The position numbers were made by a program, and so were the translations under genes. Below are positions 48,502 through 58,215 of a stretch of 64,000 nt of DNA, piece after piece. Each line of letters opens with the position of its first letter. Within the stretch, counting starts at the first letter, position 1. The DNA lies in the NCBI GenBank assembly GCA_001916775.1, contig MNTB01000032.1, positions 12,108 through 76,107 on the forward strand. Direction: 5' to 3'. Source of the stretch: Firmicutes bacterium CAG:321_26_22. Lineage in GTDB: Bacteria > Bacillota_I > Bacilli_A > RF39 > UBA660. The notes below the pieces were generated by a model, which had not been told where the DNA came from, did no database searches, and saw only the letters and a program-made list of their open reading frames with translations.

Positions 48502-48765
48502 ATGAGAAGAAAAGGAGCAGAACGCGATAGTATTTATATGGTTGTTGCTAAAAATATTAAGTATTATCGTAAAAGCAGAAATATGACACAAGCACAACTT
48601 GCTGAGAAAACAGAATATTCCCATGAATTTATTAGAAGGATAGAAGCTCCTAATAGTAGGAAGAATTTTTCTCTTGATACAGTAAGTAATATAGCTAGAG
48701 CTTTAGATATTGATATAGAATTATTATTTGAAAAAAGAGAAGTAGAGACAGAAAAACAACCATAA
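48502..48765 (+). CDS. XRE-family helix-turn-helix transcriptional regulator
   Basis: YYRKSRNMTQAQLAEKTEYSHEFIRRIEA HTH. RBS AGGTGA 7 nt upstream. Confidence 0.6.
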   Translation: MRRKGAERDSIYMVVAKNIKYYRKSRNMTQAQLAEKTEYSHEFIRRIEAPNSRKNFSLDTVSNIARALDIDIELLFEKREVETEKQP

Positions 48766-48821
48766 ATTGGTCGTTTTTTCTTTTACTTTTAGTAATTATA
48801 TGGTACAATATTAATGGTGAT

Positions 48822-49082
48822 GTGATGGAGTACAAGAGTGAAGAGGAGTTATTTAATAGTTTAAGGGGTGCTTTTAATGTTAAACTTAGACTAATTAAAG
48901 GTAATTATAGTTATATTAAAATGATTGATATATGGAATTATCTTAAGTTAAATAAATGGATTAAGACTAAGAATTTATCAATATCAGAGATGGTTAATGA
49001 TATTATTGATGTTGATATTGAAAAAGTAGATTCTTTTCTAAAAGAAAGAATAAAAAATACTGAGAGAGATATGATAAGTTAG
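48822..49082 (+). CDS. small protein upstream of secDF (ComN/YrzD-like post-transcriptional regulator by position)
   Basis: 86 aa. The assignment rests only on synteny with yrzD-secDF in Bacillus. Confidence 0.3.
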   Translation: MMEYKSEEELFNSLRGAFNVKLRLIKGNYSYIKMIDIWNYLKLNKWIKTKNLSISEMVNDIIDVDIEKVDSFLKERIKNTERDMIS

Positions 49083-49097
49083 AAAGAAGGATGCAAT

Positions 49098-51341
49098 ATG
49101 AAAAAGAAAAAACAAGAAAAGACTAAAAATAATAAATTAAGAGTAATACTAGGTACTTTTATCACATTAATAGTATTAATAGGTAGTGCTTATTTAAGTA
49201 TTCCTATATTTAAAAATATTAATTATGGATTAGATTTACAAGGAGGGTTTGAAGTATTATATGAAATAGAACCATTAGATGGTAATAAGCTTACTTCTGA
49301 TATGGTTTATAATACTTATAAAGCTATTTTAAAGAGAGTTGATATTTTAGGTGTAAACGAGCCTGAGATAGCTATTGAAGATAATAATAAGATTAGAATA
49401 GCATTAGCGGGTATTAAAAATAAAGAAGAAGCAAGAGAAGTAATATCTTCAACTGCGGTATTATCTTTTAGAGATTATAATGATAATTTACTTATGACTT
49501 CAGATGTATTAGGAGGAGAAGCTAAAGTAACTACGGATCAGTATGGTCATCCTGCGGTATCATTATCTATTAAAGATACGGATAAATTTTATAATGTAAC
49601 TAATAAAGTAAAAGATATGAATAATAATGTTATTGTTATTTGGCTTGATTATGATGAGAATAATGATTCATTTAGTAAAGAAAAAGATAAATGTGGATCG
49701 TTATCAACATCAAGATGTTTATCTGCTGCTAGGGTAGATAGGGCTTTTGCTGGTGATGTTATTATTCAAGGTAACTTTACTACTGAAGAAGCTACATCAT
49801 TAGTAGAACTTATAAATTCTGGTTCACTTCCTACTAAATTAAATGAGATATCTTCTCGTACGGTAGAAGCTACATATGGAGAAGCAGCTCTTAATAAGAC
49901 TTTAGTAGCGGGTATTATTGGTATTATTTTAGTACTATTAATAATGATTTTAATGTATCATTTTAGTGGTTTTATAGCAGGTACTGCTTTAGTAGTATAT
50001 ACTATGTTATCATTCTTAGTATTTTATTTAATTGAAGGAACATTAACTTTACCTGGTATTGCTGCTATGCTACTGGGTATTGGTATGGCAGTTGATGCTT
50101 CAGTAATTAGTTTTGAAAGAATAAAAGATCAGTTAAAGATAGGTAAACCACTTAAAGAAGCTGTAGCTATTGGTAATAAAGAATCTTTATCAAGTATATT
50201 AGATGCTAATATTACTACGATGATAGTAGCGGTAATTCTATTTATATTAGGACAATCTAGTGTTAAGGGTTTTGCTACGATGTTAATTATTAATATTTTA
50301 CTTACGATAATAGTATTGGTATTTATATCTAAAGCAGTTGTAGCTTTATTTGCGGGTAGTGGAGTATTTGATAATAAAGTAAATTTATTTATTGGACTTT
50401 CTAAGAAAAAGATTATTCCTGCTAAAGAAGTTAGAATTCCATTTAAAAAATTAGATTTTGTTAAGTCAAGAAAGATAGTATTACCGTTAGTATTATTGGT
50501 TCTAGTAGGAGGAATTACATACTCACTTGTAACACATTTTAACTTTGCTGTAGATTTTACTGGTGGTACTAGTATTACTATAAATACTACTGATGATATT
50601 AGTTTAGGTGATTATACTATTAATAAAATTGATAGGACTAAAGATTCTACTAATATTGTTATTAATGAGAAGTTAACTAAAGAAGAAATAGAAGCTTTAT
50701 CAAATAAATTAGAAGAAGAATATCATACTACTTCAAATATATATGTTGTATCTGATATGGTTAAGAAACAATTGATTAAGAATGCTATTATGGCAGTAAT
50801 TATATCATTAATTGGTATAATTATCTATGTAAGTTTTAGATTTAGATTTAATTATGCTATCAGTGGTATTGTTGCTTTAATACATGATGCTTTAATTACT
50901 ATTATATTCTTTGGTGTATTTAAACTTCAAATTGATTCTGTCTTTATAGCCGCTATTCTAACTATTATAGGATATTCTATTAATGATACTATTGTAACAT
51001 TTGATATGATAAGAAGAAATTATAATGAAAGAAAGATTAAAAATAAAGATGATTTACCTGAATTAGTAAATGATTCGGTTAGATTAACATTCTTTAGATC
51101 TCTTATGACTACTGCTACTACTATAGTACCTATTATCTGTTTAATAGTATTAGGTTCTCATGAAATATTAAACTTTAACATTGCTTTACTAGTAGGATTT
51201 ATTGCAGGTGTCTTCTCATCTATCTATATATCTAATAGTTTATGGTTAATGTTAGAAAGTAAGAGATTATCTAAACCTAAAAAAGAAGTAAAGAAAAAAG
51301 TTGAAAAAGAAGAAATGCAAATAAAAGGAATTAATTGTTAA
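49098..51341 (+). CDS. secDF: protein translocase subunit SecDF (fused)
   Basis: 747 aa with 12 TM helices in two RND-like halves and a large periplasmic P1 domain. SecD motifs LGLDLQGG and DASVISFERI. Confidence 0.9.
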   Translation: MKKKKQEKTKNNKLRVILGTFITLIVLIGSAYLSIPIFKNINYGLDLQGGFEVLYEIEPLDGNKLTSDMVYNTYKAILKRVDILGVNEPEIAIEDNNKIRIALAGIKNKEEAREVISSTAVLSFRDYNDNLLMTSDVLGGEAKVTTDQYGHPAVSLSIKDTDKFYNVTNKVKDMNNNVIVIWLDYDENNDSFSKEKDKCGSLSTSRCLSAARVDRAFAGDVIIQGNFTTEEATSLVELINSGSLPTKLNEISSRTVEATYGEAALNKTLVAGIIGIILVLLIMILMYHFSGFIAGTALVVYTMLSFLVFYLIEGTLTLPGIAAMLLGIGMAVDASVISFERIKDQLKIGKPLKEAVAIGNKESLSSILDANITTMIVAVILFILGQSSVKGFATMLIINILLTIIVLVFISKAVVALFAGSGVFDNKVNLFIGLSKKKIIPAKEVRIPFKKLDFVKSRKIVLPLVLLVLVGGITYSLVTHFNFAVDFTGGTSITINTTDDISLGDYTINKIDRTKDSTNIVINEKLTKEEIEALSNKLEEEYHTTSNIYVVSDMVKKQLIKNAIMAVIISLIGIIIYVSFRFRFNYAISGIVALIHDALITIIFFGVFKLQIDSVFIAAILTIIGYSINDTIVTFDMIRRNYNERKIKNKDDLPELVNDSVRLTFFRSLMTTATTIVPIICLIVLGSHEILNFNIALLVGFIAGVFSSIYISNSLWLMLESKRLSKPKKEVKKKVEKEEMQIKGINC

Positions 51342-51389
51342 AAATAGCTTACAAGTGATTCTTGTAAGCTTTCCTTATAAGGATTGGTG

Positions 51390-53573
51390 ATGAATATGAG
51401 TACAAAAACAATTAAGATTTCAATTGATGATTTAATTGATAAATTTAAAAAATATAATGACAATGAAGAAGATATTGCTTTAATTAGAAGGGCTTATGAT
51501 TATGCTGAAAAGAAACATTTTGGTCAAAAGAGAATATCTGGTGATGACTATATATTACATCCACTTAATGTTGCTTTAATATTAACTGAGATATCTGCGG
51601 ATGCTCCATGTATGGCTGCTGCGCTTCTTCATGATACTATTGAAGACTCTGATGCTACTAAAGAAGAAATAGAAGAATTATTTGGATCAGAAGTTGCTTT
51701 ATTAGTAGATGGGGTAACAAAGATTAATAAATTAAACTTTAATACTGAGACTGAAGCTAGTGCTGCTAATCAGAGAAAGATACTAGTAGGTTTATCTGAA
51801 GATCCTAGAGTAATTATAATTAAATTAGCGGATCGTTTACATAATATGCGTACTATTAGTGTGTTATCTGTAGAGAAACAAAAGAAAAAGGCTAAAGAAA
51901 CATTAGAGATATTAACACCTGTTGCTCATAGACTTGGTATTTATAAGATTAAAAGTGAACTTGAAGATTTATCACTTAGATACTTAAAGCCTGATGCTTA
52001 CTTTGATATTGTTGAAAAACTTAATCAGAAGAAAACGGAGAGAGATGAAGCTGTTAGTAAGATGATTGATGAGGTATCAGAATTATTAAATGAGCATAAT
52101 ATTCCTCATGAAATAAAGGGTAGAAGTAAGAGTATCTATAGTATTTATAATAAGATGGCTAAGGGTAAAAGATTTGATGATATATATGATATATTAGCTT
52201 TAAGGGTATTTGTGGATACTGAACAAGATTGTTACTTAGCTTTAGGGTTAATTCATTCTAAGTATAAACCTGTACCTAAGAGATTTAAGGATTATATTGC
52301 TATGCCTAAAACTAACTTATATCAATCGTTACATACTACTGTCTTTGGTATTGATGGTAATTTATTTGAGATTCAAATTAGAACTTATGAAATGGATAAG
52401 ATAGCGGAATATGGTATTGCTTCACATTGGTCATACAAAGAACATAAAGATGGGGCTAAGTCCGCTAAAGATGCTATGGAACAGAAACTTCAGATATTTA
52501 GAAATATTATTGAGTTAAATGAAGAGACCAATACTCCGGAAGAATTTATTACTTCGGTTAAAAAAGATATATTAACTAGTGATGTTATATATGTATATAC
52601 TCCTAAAGGTGATGTTATTGAGTTACCAGCACAATCAACACCAGTAGATTTTGCTTATAAGGTACATAGTGAAGTAGGAGATCGTATAGTAGGAGCTATT
52701 GTAAATGATAATATTGTACCACTTGATTATAAATTAGTAACAGGAGATATTATTAAAGTAAATACTAATAAGGCTTCTAAACCTAGTAAGGATTGGTTAA
52801 ATTTTGTTGTAACTAGTGGAGCTAAGAATAAGATAAAGAGTTATTATAGTAAATTAGAGAAAGATGAAAATATTGAAAAGGGAACTGATTTATTAGAGAA
52901 AGAACTTAGAAAAGAAAATTTAAGTATTAATGAATTTTTATCTAATAAGAATATTGATATTATATTAAATGAATTAAAATTAAAAGATATTGATGATTTA
53001 TATGTAAATATTGCTTCTGGTAAGAATACTCCTAATTCTGTTATTAAGATTATTATTAATAATAATACTGAGAAGAAAGAGAAAGATATTGCTGCTAAAA
53101 TAAATGAAACTACCTACTATAAAGATAATAGTAATAGTAATAATAATGATGTTTTAGTAGAGGGTATTGATGAGATTAAGACTAGTCTAAGTAGTTGTTG
53201 TAAACCTATACCAGGAGATAATATTATTGGTTATATTACTAGAGGATCTGGTATTACTGTTCATAGAAGTAATTGTCATAATATTACTGATACTGATGAG
53301 AGATTAATTAATGTTAAATGGAATATTCAAAATGATAAGAAATATCCATCAGATATCTTAGTATATACTAATACTTATGATAATTTATTAGATATAATTA
53401 CTAAGGCATCATCAAATAATATGATTATAGATAGTATATCTACGATTAATAAGAGTGAATATAAGGTATATAGAATGACTGTATTAGTAGAAAATAAAGA
53501 AAGATTAGAGAAATTTATGAATGATTTATTAAATTTAAGTTTTGTTCAGAAAGTTGAAAGAGAGGTTAAATAA
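51390..53573 (+). CDS. relA: bifunctional (p)ppGpp synthetase/hydrolase RelA/SpoT (Rel)
   Basis: HD domain HPLNVALIL...HDTIEDS, synthetase domain RSKSIYSIYNKM...DILALRVFV, TGS and ACT C-terminal domains. Confidence 0.9.
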   Translation: MNMSTKTIKISIDDLIDKFKKYNDNEEDIALIRRAYDYAEKKHFGQKRISGDDYILHPLNVALILTEISADAPCMAAALLHDTIEDSDATKEEIEELFGSEVALLVDGVTKINKLNFNTETEASAANQRKILVGLSEDPRVIIIKLADRLHNMRTISVLSVEKQKKKAKETLEILTPVAHRLGIYKIKSELEDLSLRYLKPDAYFDIVEKLNQKKTERDEAVSKMIDEVSELLNEHNIPHEIKGRSKSIYSIYNKMAKGKRFDDIYDILALRVFVDTEQDCYLALGLIHSKYKPVPKRFKDYIAMPKTNLYQSLHTTVFGIDGNLFEIQIRTYEMDKIAEYGIASHWSYKEHKDGAKSAKDAMEQKLQIFRNIIELNEETNTPEEFITSVKKDILTSDVIYVYTPKGDVIELPAQSTPVDFAYKVHSEVGDRIVGAIVNDNIVPLDYKLVTGDIIKVNTNKASKPSKDWLNFVVTSGAKNKIKSYYSKLEKDENIEKGTDLLEKELRKENLSINEFLSNKNIDIILNELKLKDIDDLYVNIASGKNTPNSVIKIIINNNTEKKEKDIAAKINETTYYKDNSNSNNNDVLVEGIDEIKTSLSSCCKPIPGDNIIGYITRGSGITVHRSNCHNITDTDERLINVKWNIQNDKKYPSDILVYTNTYDNLLDIITKASSNNMIIDSISTINKSEYKVYRMTVLVENKERLEKFMNDLLNLSFVQKVEREVK

Positions 53574-54010
53574 TGAGAGTGGTAGTACAAAGGGTTATTA
53601 ATTCTAGTGTTGAAGTTGATGGTAAAATTGTAGGTAAATCTGATAGGGGGTTAATGCTGTTAGTTGGGTTTACTGAAGGGGATTCTTCTAAAGAGATAGA
53701 CTGGATGGTTGATAAGGTTATTAACTTAAGAATATTTGAAGATGAAAATGATGTTATGAATAAGAGTTTATTAGATATTAATGGGAATATTTTATCTATT
53801 AGTCAGTTTACTTTATATGGAGATGCTTCTAAAGGGAGAAGACCATCATATATTAAGGCTCTAGGAGGAGATAAGGCTACTTTATTATATGATGAATTTA
53901 ATAATAAATTAAGAGATAAGGGTATTGAAGTTGGTACTGGTATTTTTGGTGCTGATATGAAAGTATCTTTAATTAATGATGGGCCTGTAACTATATTATT
54001 AGAAAAGTAG
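53573..54010 (+). CDS. dtd: D-aminoacyl-tRNA deacylase
   Basis: MRVVVQRV...SQFTLYGD...GRRPS signature. rel-dtd synteny. Confidence 0.9.
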   Translation: MRVVVQRVINSSVEVDGKIVGKSDRGLMLLVGFTEGDSSKEIDWMVDKVINLRIFEDENDVMNKSLLDINGNILSISQFTLYGDASKGRRPSYIKALGGDKATLLYDEFNNKLRDKGIEVGTGIFGADMKVSLINDGPVTILLEK

Positions 54011-54128
54011 AATTATCTACTTTTTTCTTTTATTCCTTTCGTGCCTATAGTCACTCTAGGTTTTCTAATGCCTAAGGTCATTAGAAAAAAAGTTTAGAGC
54101 CATAATTGTCTCTAAACTTAAGTGTTAT

Positions 54129-54680
54129 TTATTTAGTTCTTTTTAAAGTATATATATTTTTAGAAATCTTATTAATGTCAAGTCTTGCAGTTCCATCAGT
54201 CTGTGATAATGCCATTGCAAATAGATGAAAATTGTCAAGGTTATTGTTACTAATAACAAAGTCTTTAATCATTTGTTTTGCACATATTAATGCATTTTTA
54301 TCTTTTTCATTTTTAAGATATATCGATATATCATTAACTATATCAAATTTCCTAGGTATAGTTCCAAATAGTCTATATTCTGTAGATACTAGATAAGTAA
54401 TAATATAACTATAATTTTTAAAGTATAATTTTTTTGTTTTTAAAGTATTTACATCAAATTGATATTTATTTTCTCCTATATAAAATTCATTTATATCTTG
54501 AGAAATTTCCTCAGTTTGTCTTTCTATTTCACCATCAGTAAGAATTCTCATTTTTATCCTAGAGTATTCACCTGTATCGGAATCTGATAATACGCTATCA
54601 AATATATCAGTGTTATTAGGTTTCATTGTTACTTCTATTACTTCTAATGATTCATTTTCTTTTAATTCTCTAATTTTCAT
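54129..54680 (-). CDS. hypothetical protein
   Basis: 183-aa ORF on the minus strand with RBS. No motif recognised. Confidence 0.45.
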   Translation of the reverse strand: MKIRELKENESLEVIEVTMKPNNTDIFDSVLSDSDTGEYSRIKMRILTDGEIERQTEEISQDINEFYIGENKYQFDVNTLKTKKLYFKNYSYIITYLVSTEYRLFGTIPRKFDIVNDISIYLKNEKDKNALICAKQMIKDFVISNNNLDNFHLFAMALSQTDGTARLDINKISKNIYTLKRTK

Positions 54681-54879
54681 AATATCTCTCCTTGTAGTTA
54701 TATATTATAGCATAGTTATCAAGAAAAATAAATATTAAAAATCAGCAGCCGTAGTGAAAAGTCACCTAGGGCCGCTGATTTCTGTATTAATCTTACCATA
54801 AGTTTATTTCCTTGTCAACTTTTATTTGCATTTATTTTACTTTTATGATATTATATTTGACATGAGAGAGGGGAATATA

Positions 54880-55461
54880 ATGGAAAATAATGTAGAATTA
54901 ATAAAGAGTTTATTCGTGGATATAGATCCTAGTATTATAAATAATGATAAATTAGATATTAAAGATATACCTAAAGAGGTTATAATGTATTTAAAGAAGT
55001 TATTAAAATATACTTCAGGAGTAAAAGCATTTAAAACTTATCATAGTATTGAAAAGATATATGATGAAAGAAAGCAAAATAAGAAACTATTATATGAAGA
55101 GTTTGAGATAGCTTTATATTTAACTTATATAATGAATGCTAATATAATTAGTGAGGAAGAAAAGAAATCTTTAATTGAAGAAATTATATCTTTTTATACA
55201 TTAAGATTAAGTAATGAAAGAGTATTATCTTTAAAAGATAGAGATACTATGAGTACTTATTCTTATGTAGATATGTCTAGTAAACACATATATACTACAA
55301 TTGGTAAGGTTAAATCATTAAATAAGAATAATTATAAATCAGATGGTTTAGTTGATATATTAGATAAACAAATAACTAGTATTATGAAAGCCTTTTTAGG
55401 ATTATTTAAAGAAGATATGAGAATATTAAGTGAAACTGATAATAAGAAATTAATAAAGTAG
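54880..55461 (+). CDS. hypothetical protein
   Basis: ATG 54880 follows GAGAGAGGGGA. 193 aa, helical, no motif. Confidence 0.45.
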   Translation: MENNVELIKSLFVDIDPSIINNDKLDIKDIPKEVIMYLKKLLKYTSGVKAFKTYHSIEKIYDERKQNKKLLYEEFEIALYLTYIMNANIISEEEKKSLIEEIISFYTLRLSNERVLSLKDRDTMSTYSYVDMSSKHIYTTIGKVKSLNKNNYKSDGLVDILDKQITSIMKAFLGLFKEDMRILSETDNKKLIK

Positions 55462-55526
55462 AGAAATCTACTTTTTTTCTATACTTCTATAATAAAATAA
55501 GGTATAATTAACTAGGAGGGTATGTA

Positions 55527-56282
55527 ATGATAAAAGTAGAAAAAATTAATAAGAAATTTATTAAACAAAGTAAGAATAAAAAGAAAGAAGAATTCTATGC
55601 TGATAAAGATATTTCTTTTGAAGCTAAAGATAATGAAGTACTTGGAATATTAGGACCTAATGGTGCAGGTAAAACGACATTACTTAGAATGATTGCTGGT
55701 ATTATGACTCCTAGTGGAGGTAGTATTACTATTGATAATTTAAATTATCATGATAATGAAATAGAAATAAAGAAAAGAATTGCTTTTTTAACAGGGAATA
55801 CTAAGTTATATAAAGATTTAAGTGCTTATGAATTACTTACTATGTGTGGTAATTATTATCATATGAGTAAAAAAGGTATTAAAGATAGAATTAAATATTT
55901 AAATAAGACTTTTGATATGGAATCTTTTTTATATCAAAGAATAGGTACTTTATCTACTGGTCAAACGCAAAGGGTTAGTATTGCTAGATGCTTGATGCAT
56001 GATCCTAAATATTATATCTTAGATGAACCTACTAGTGGTCTTGATATTATATCTAGTAAAGTTATTTTAGATACTATTAAAGAAGAGAAAGATAAAGGTA
56101 AATGTATATTATATTCTACTCATTATATGGAAGAAGCAGAAAGTATATGTGATAGAGTAGTACTTATGAATAATGGTAAGATAATTACTATTGGTACTCC
56201 AGAAGAAATAAAGAAAAAGACTAATACTAGTAATTTAAGAGAGGCTTTCTTTGCTTTAACTGGAGGTGATAATAATGAATAA
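55527..56282 (+). CDS. ABC transporter ATP-binding protein
   Basis: Walker A GPNGAGKTT, signature LSTGQTQRVSIARCL, Walker B ILDEPTSGLD. Confidence 0.85.
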   Translation: MIKVEKINKKFIKQSKNKKKEEFYADKDISFEAKDNEVLGILGPNGAGKTTLLRMIAGIMTPSGGSITIDNLNYHDNEIEIKKRIAFLTGNTKLYKDLSAYELLTMCGNYYHMSKKGIKDRIKYLNKTFDMESFLYQRIGTLSTGQTQRVSIARCLMHDPKYYILDEPTSGLDIISSKVILDTIKEEKDKGKCILYSTHYMEEAESICDRVVLMNNGKIITIGTPEEIKKKTNTSNLREAFFALTGGDNNE

Positions 56283-57417
56283 TATATTAATTACTTTAAA
56301 GAAAGAATTAAAACTTATAATTAGAGATAAAAAATCTTTACTTATGATGGCTATTACTCCTTTATTTATTCCTATCTTTGTTATATTAATGTCTTATATA
56401 TATGAAGAATTAACTGTAAATAAAGAAGATAAAACATACCAGATAGGAGTTAATTATGAATTATCTAGTACTGAGAGGGAATTACTAAGTGATGAAGTAA
56501 AATATACAGTATATAGTAGTTCTAAAGAACTAAAAGAAGCTTATAATAGTAATAAAATATTGGCGTATATAGTTAGAGATAATAATAGTTATAATATTTA
56601 TGCTAATATTCAAAGTGAAGATGGTAGTATGGTTACTAGTTTAATTACTAATTATCTAGATAACTATAATAATTATTTGGGACAAAGTTATTTGGTAAAT
56701 AATAATATTGACTTAAGTAAAGTATATAATAATTTAAATTATAATGTTACTGAGATAAAAGGAGAGAGTATTTTTGGTAATCAAATAATACTTATGGCTA
56801 TTACCTTTACTATAATGGCTATAACTCTTAGTTGTATTTATACTTCTACTGATACAACTGCGGGTGAAAAAGAAAGAGGTACATTAGAGACAATATTAAC
56901 ATTTCCTATTCGTAGAAAAGAATTAATATTTGGTAAATACTTAGCTATATCTATATCAGGAATAGTAACTCTTTTAATAGGAGTATTTCTATCAATAGTA
57001 TCATTATATTATGTAAAGAATAGCTTTAGTATTTATGATAATGTAATATTTAATATAAATACTATTACAATATTATTAACAATATTAATATTATTATTCT
57101 ATACATTATTTATATCAGGATTATGTATAACAATAGCAAGTTTTACTAAATCATTTAAAGAAGCTCAAAGTGCTCTTACGCCAATTAGTTTAGTTACTTG
57201 TATACCTATGTTTTTAGAAATGTTAAATATTAATATATCAGGATTATTATCATTTATTCCTATTATTAATCATACTATTGTTATAAATAATATCTTAACT
57301 AGTTCTATTAATATTAATAATATACTAATAACTATAATATCTTCAATAATATATATAATAGTCCTTTTACTATTTATAAATAAAATGTATAAGAGTGAGA
57401 AAATATTATTTAATTAA
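56275..57417 (+). CDS. ABC-2 type transporter permease
   Basis: Six TM helices. Overlaps the ATPase gene. ATG 56275 follows GGAGGTGA. Confidence 0.7.
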   Translation: MNNILITLKKELKLIIRDKKSLLMMAITPLFIPIFVILMSYIYEELTVNKEDKTYQIGVNYELSSTERELLSDEVKYTVYSSSKELKEAYNSNKILAYIVRDNNSYNIYANIQSEDGSMVTSLITNYLDNYNNYLGQSYLVNNNIDLSKVYNNLNYNVTEIKGESIFGNQIILMAITFTIMAITLSCIYTSTDTTAGEKERGTLETILTFPIRRKELIFGKYLAISISGIVTLLIGVFLSIVSLYYVKNSFSIYDNVIFNINTITILLTILILLFYTLFISGLCITIASFTKSFKEAQSALTPISLVTCIPMFLEMLNINISGLLSFIPIINHTIVINNILTSSININNILITIISSIIYIIVLLLFINKMYKSEKILFN

Positions 57418-57420
57418 AAT

Positions 57421-57455
57421 GATCCCTGTTTCTTAATTAAAGAAACAGGGGTTTA
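57421..57455 (+). terminator. rho-independent terminator
   Basis: CCCTGTTTCTT-aatt-AAGAAACAGGG followed by GTTTATT. Confidence 0.65.
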
Positions 57456-57935
57456 TTAGAATACATAAAGAAAACAGAAACCTCTTTTAGAAGAATCTGT
57501 TAACATAAGAAATATTTCTCTATTGCTTAATACATTAAGTCTTAAGCACACATCCAAAATGAATAGAGGACTAACTCCTTACAACAAAATAATATCATAA
57601 TTTAGAGATAAAAACAACATTTTTATAATGAAATATTGAAAAAGAATTATAGAATTCAAAGGTTAGTACCTTTAGATTATGAAAAAAAACAAGTCTCCCA
57701 ACAGTTCCATTAGTTCAAAGACTATGGGCACTGCTTCAGTAAGACCTGTTTCTACTAAAGATAATACCACAATTTAGAAAAAAAATCAATATTTTTACAA
57801 TAAAAATAATAGTAGTCAACTTACCCTTATTATATTTATTACATGAAATAAATATAAGCGTATTAAAAAAGATAACTACTAAACATATTAAAGTATATAG
57901 TCTATACTTATATATAATAAATATGGCTGATATAT

Positions 57936-57990
57936 TGTTATTAGACTTAAGACTAATAACAACACTTTAAGACCTAGACTTAAAGTGAAT
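57936..57990. repeat. paired-hairpin intergenic repeat, family 2 copy D2
   Basis: Hairpin 1 TTGTTATTAG-acttaaga-CTAATAACAA. Hairpin 2 CACTTTAAG-acctaga-CTTAAAGTG. An A-rich 22-nt stretch follows, then the aspS promoter. Confidence 0.55.
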
Positions 57991-58009
57991 AAAAAATATA
58001 AAAAAATAA

Positions 58010-58038
58010 TTGACAAGAATAAATAATAATTATATAAT
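58010..58038 (+). promoter_or_regulatory. sigma-A-type promoter of aspS leader (TTGACA-17-TATAAT)
   Basis: TTGACA 58010-58015, TATAAT 58033-58038. Confidence 0.65.
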
Positions 58039-58039
58039 A

Positions 58040-58205
58040 AGTATAGATTTTCTATTACTATTAGTGACAGATAGTAGATATAAATAAGTAGAAAACGGGT
58101 AGTTCCGATAAAAACTAATAAAGAGCACATTAGTGAAATAAGGTGGCACCGCGGATAATAGTATTCGTCCTTATGTAATTGATGTGTTTTTATATTATAT
58201 GAAAG
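58040..58205 (+). promoter_or_regulatory. T-box riboswitch leader (Asp-specific) controlling aspS
   Basis: T-box sequence AATAAGGTGGCACCGCGG at 58137-58154, followed by a terminator stem and TGTGTTTTTAT. A candidate GAC specifier sits in agtGACagata. Confidence 0.75.
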
Positions 58206-58215
58206 GAAGATGTAT

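Noticed and set aside
57888-58130. 80-aa minus-strand ORF in the aspS upstream region
   Set aside because: Low-complexity L/Y/I-rich translation that overlaps the aspS promoter and T-box leader on the opposite strand. No RBS.
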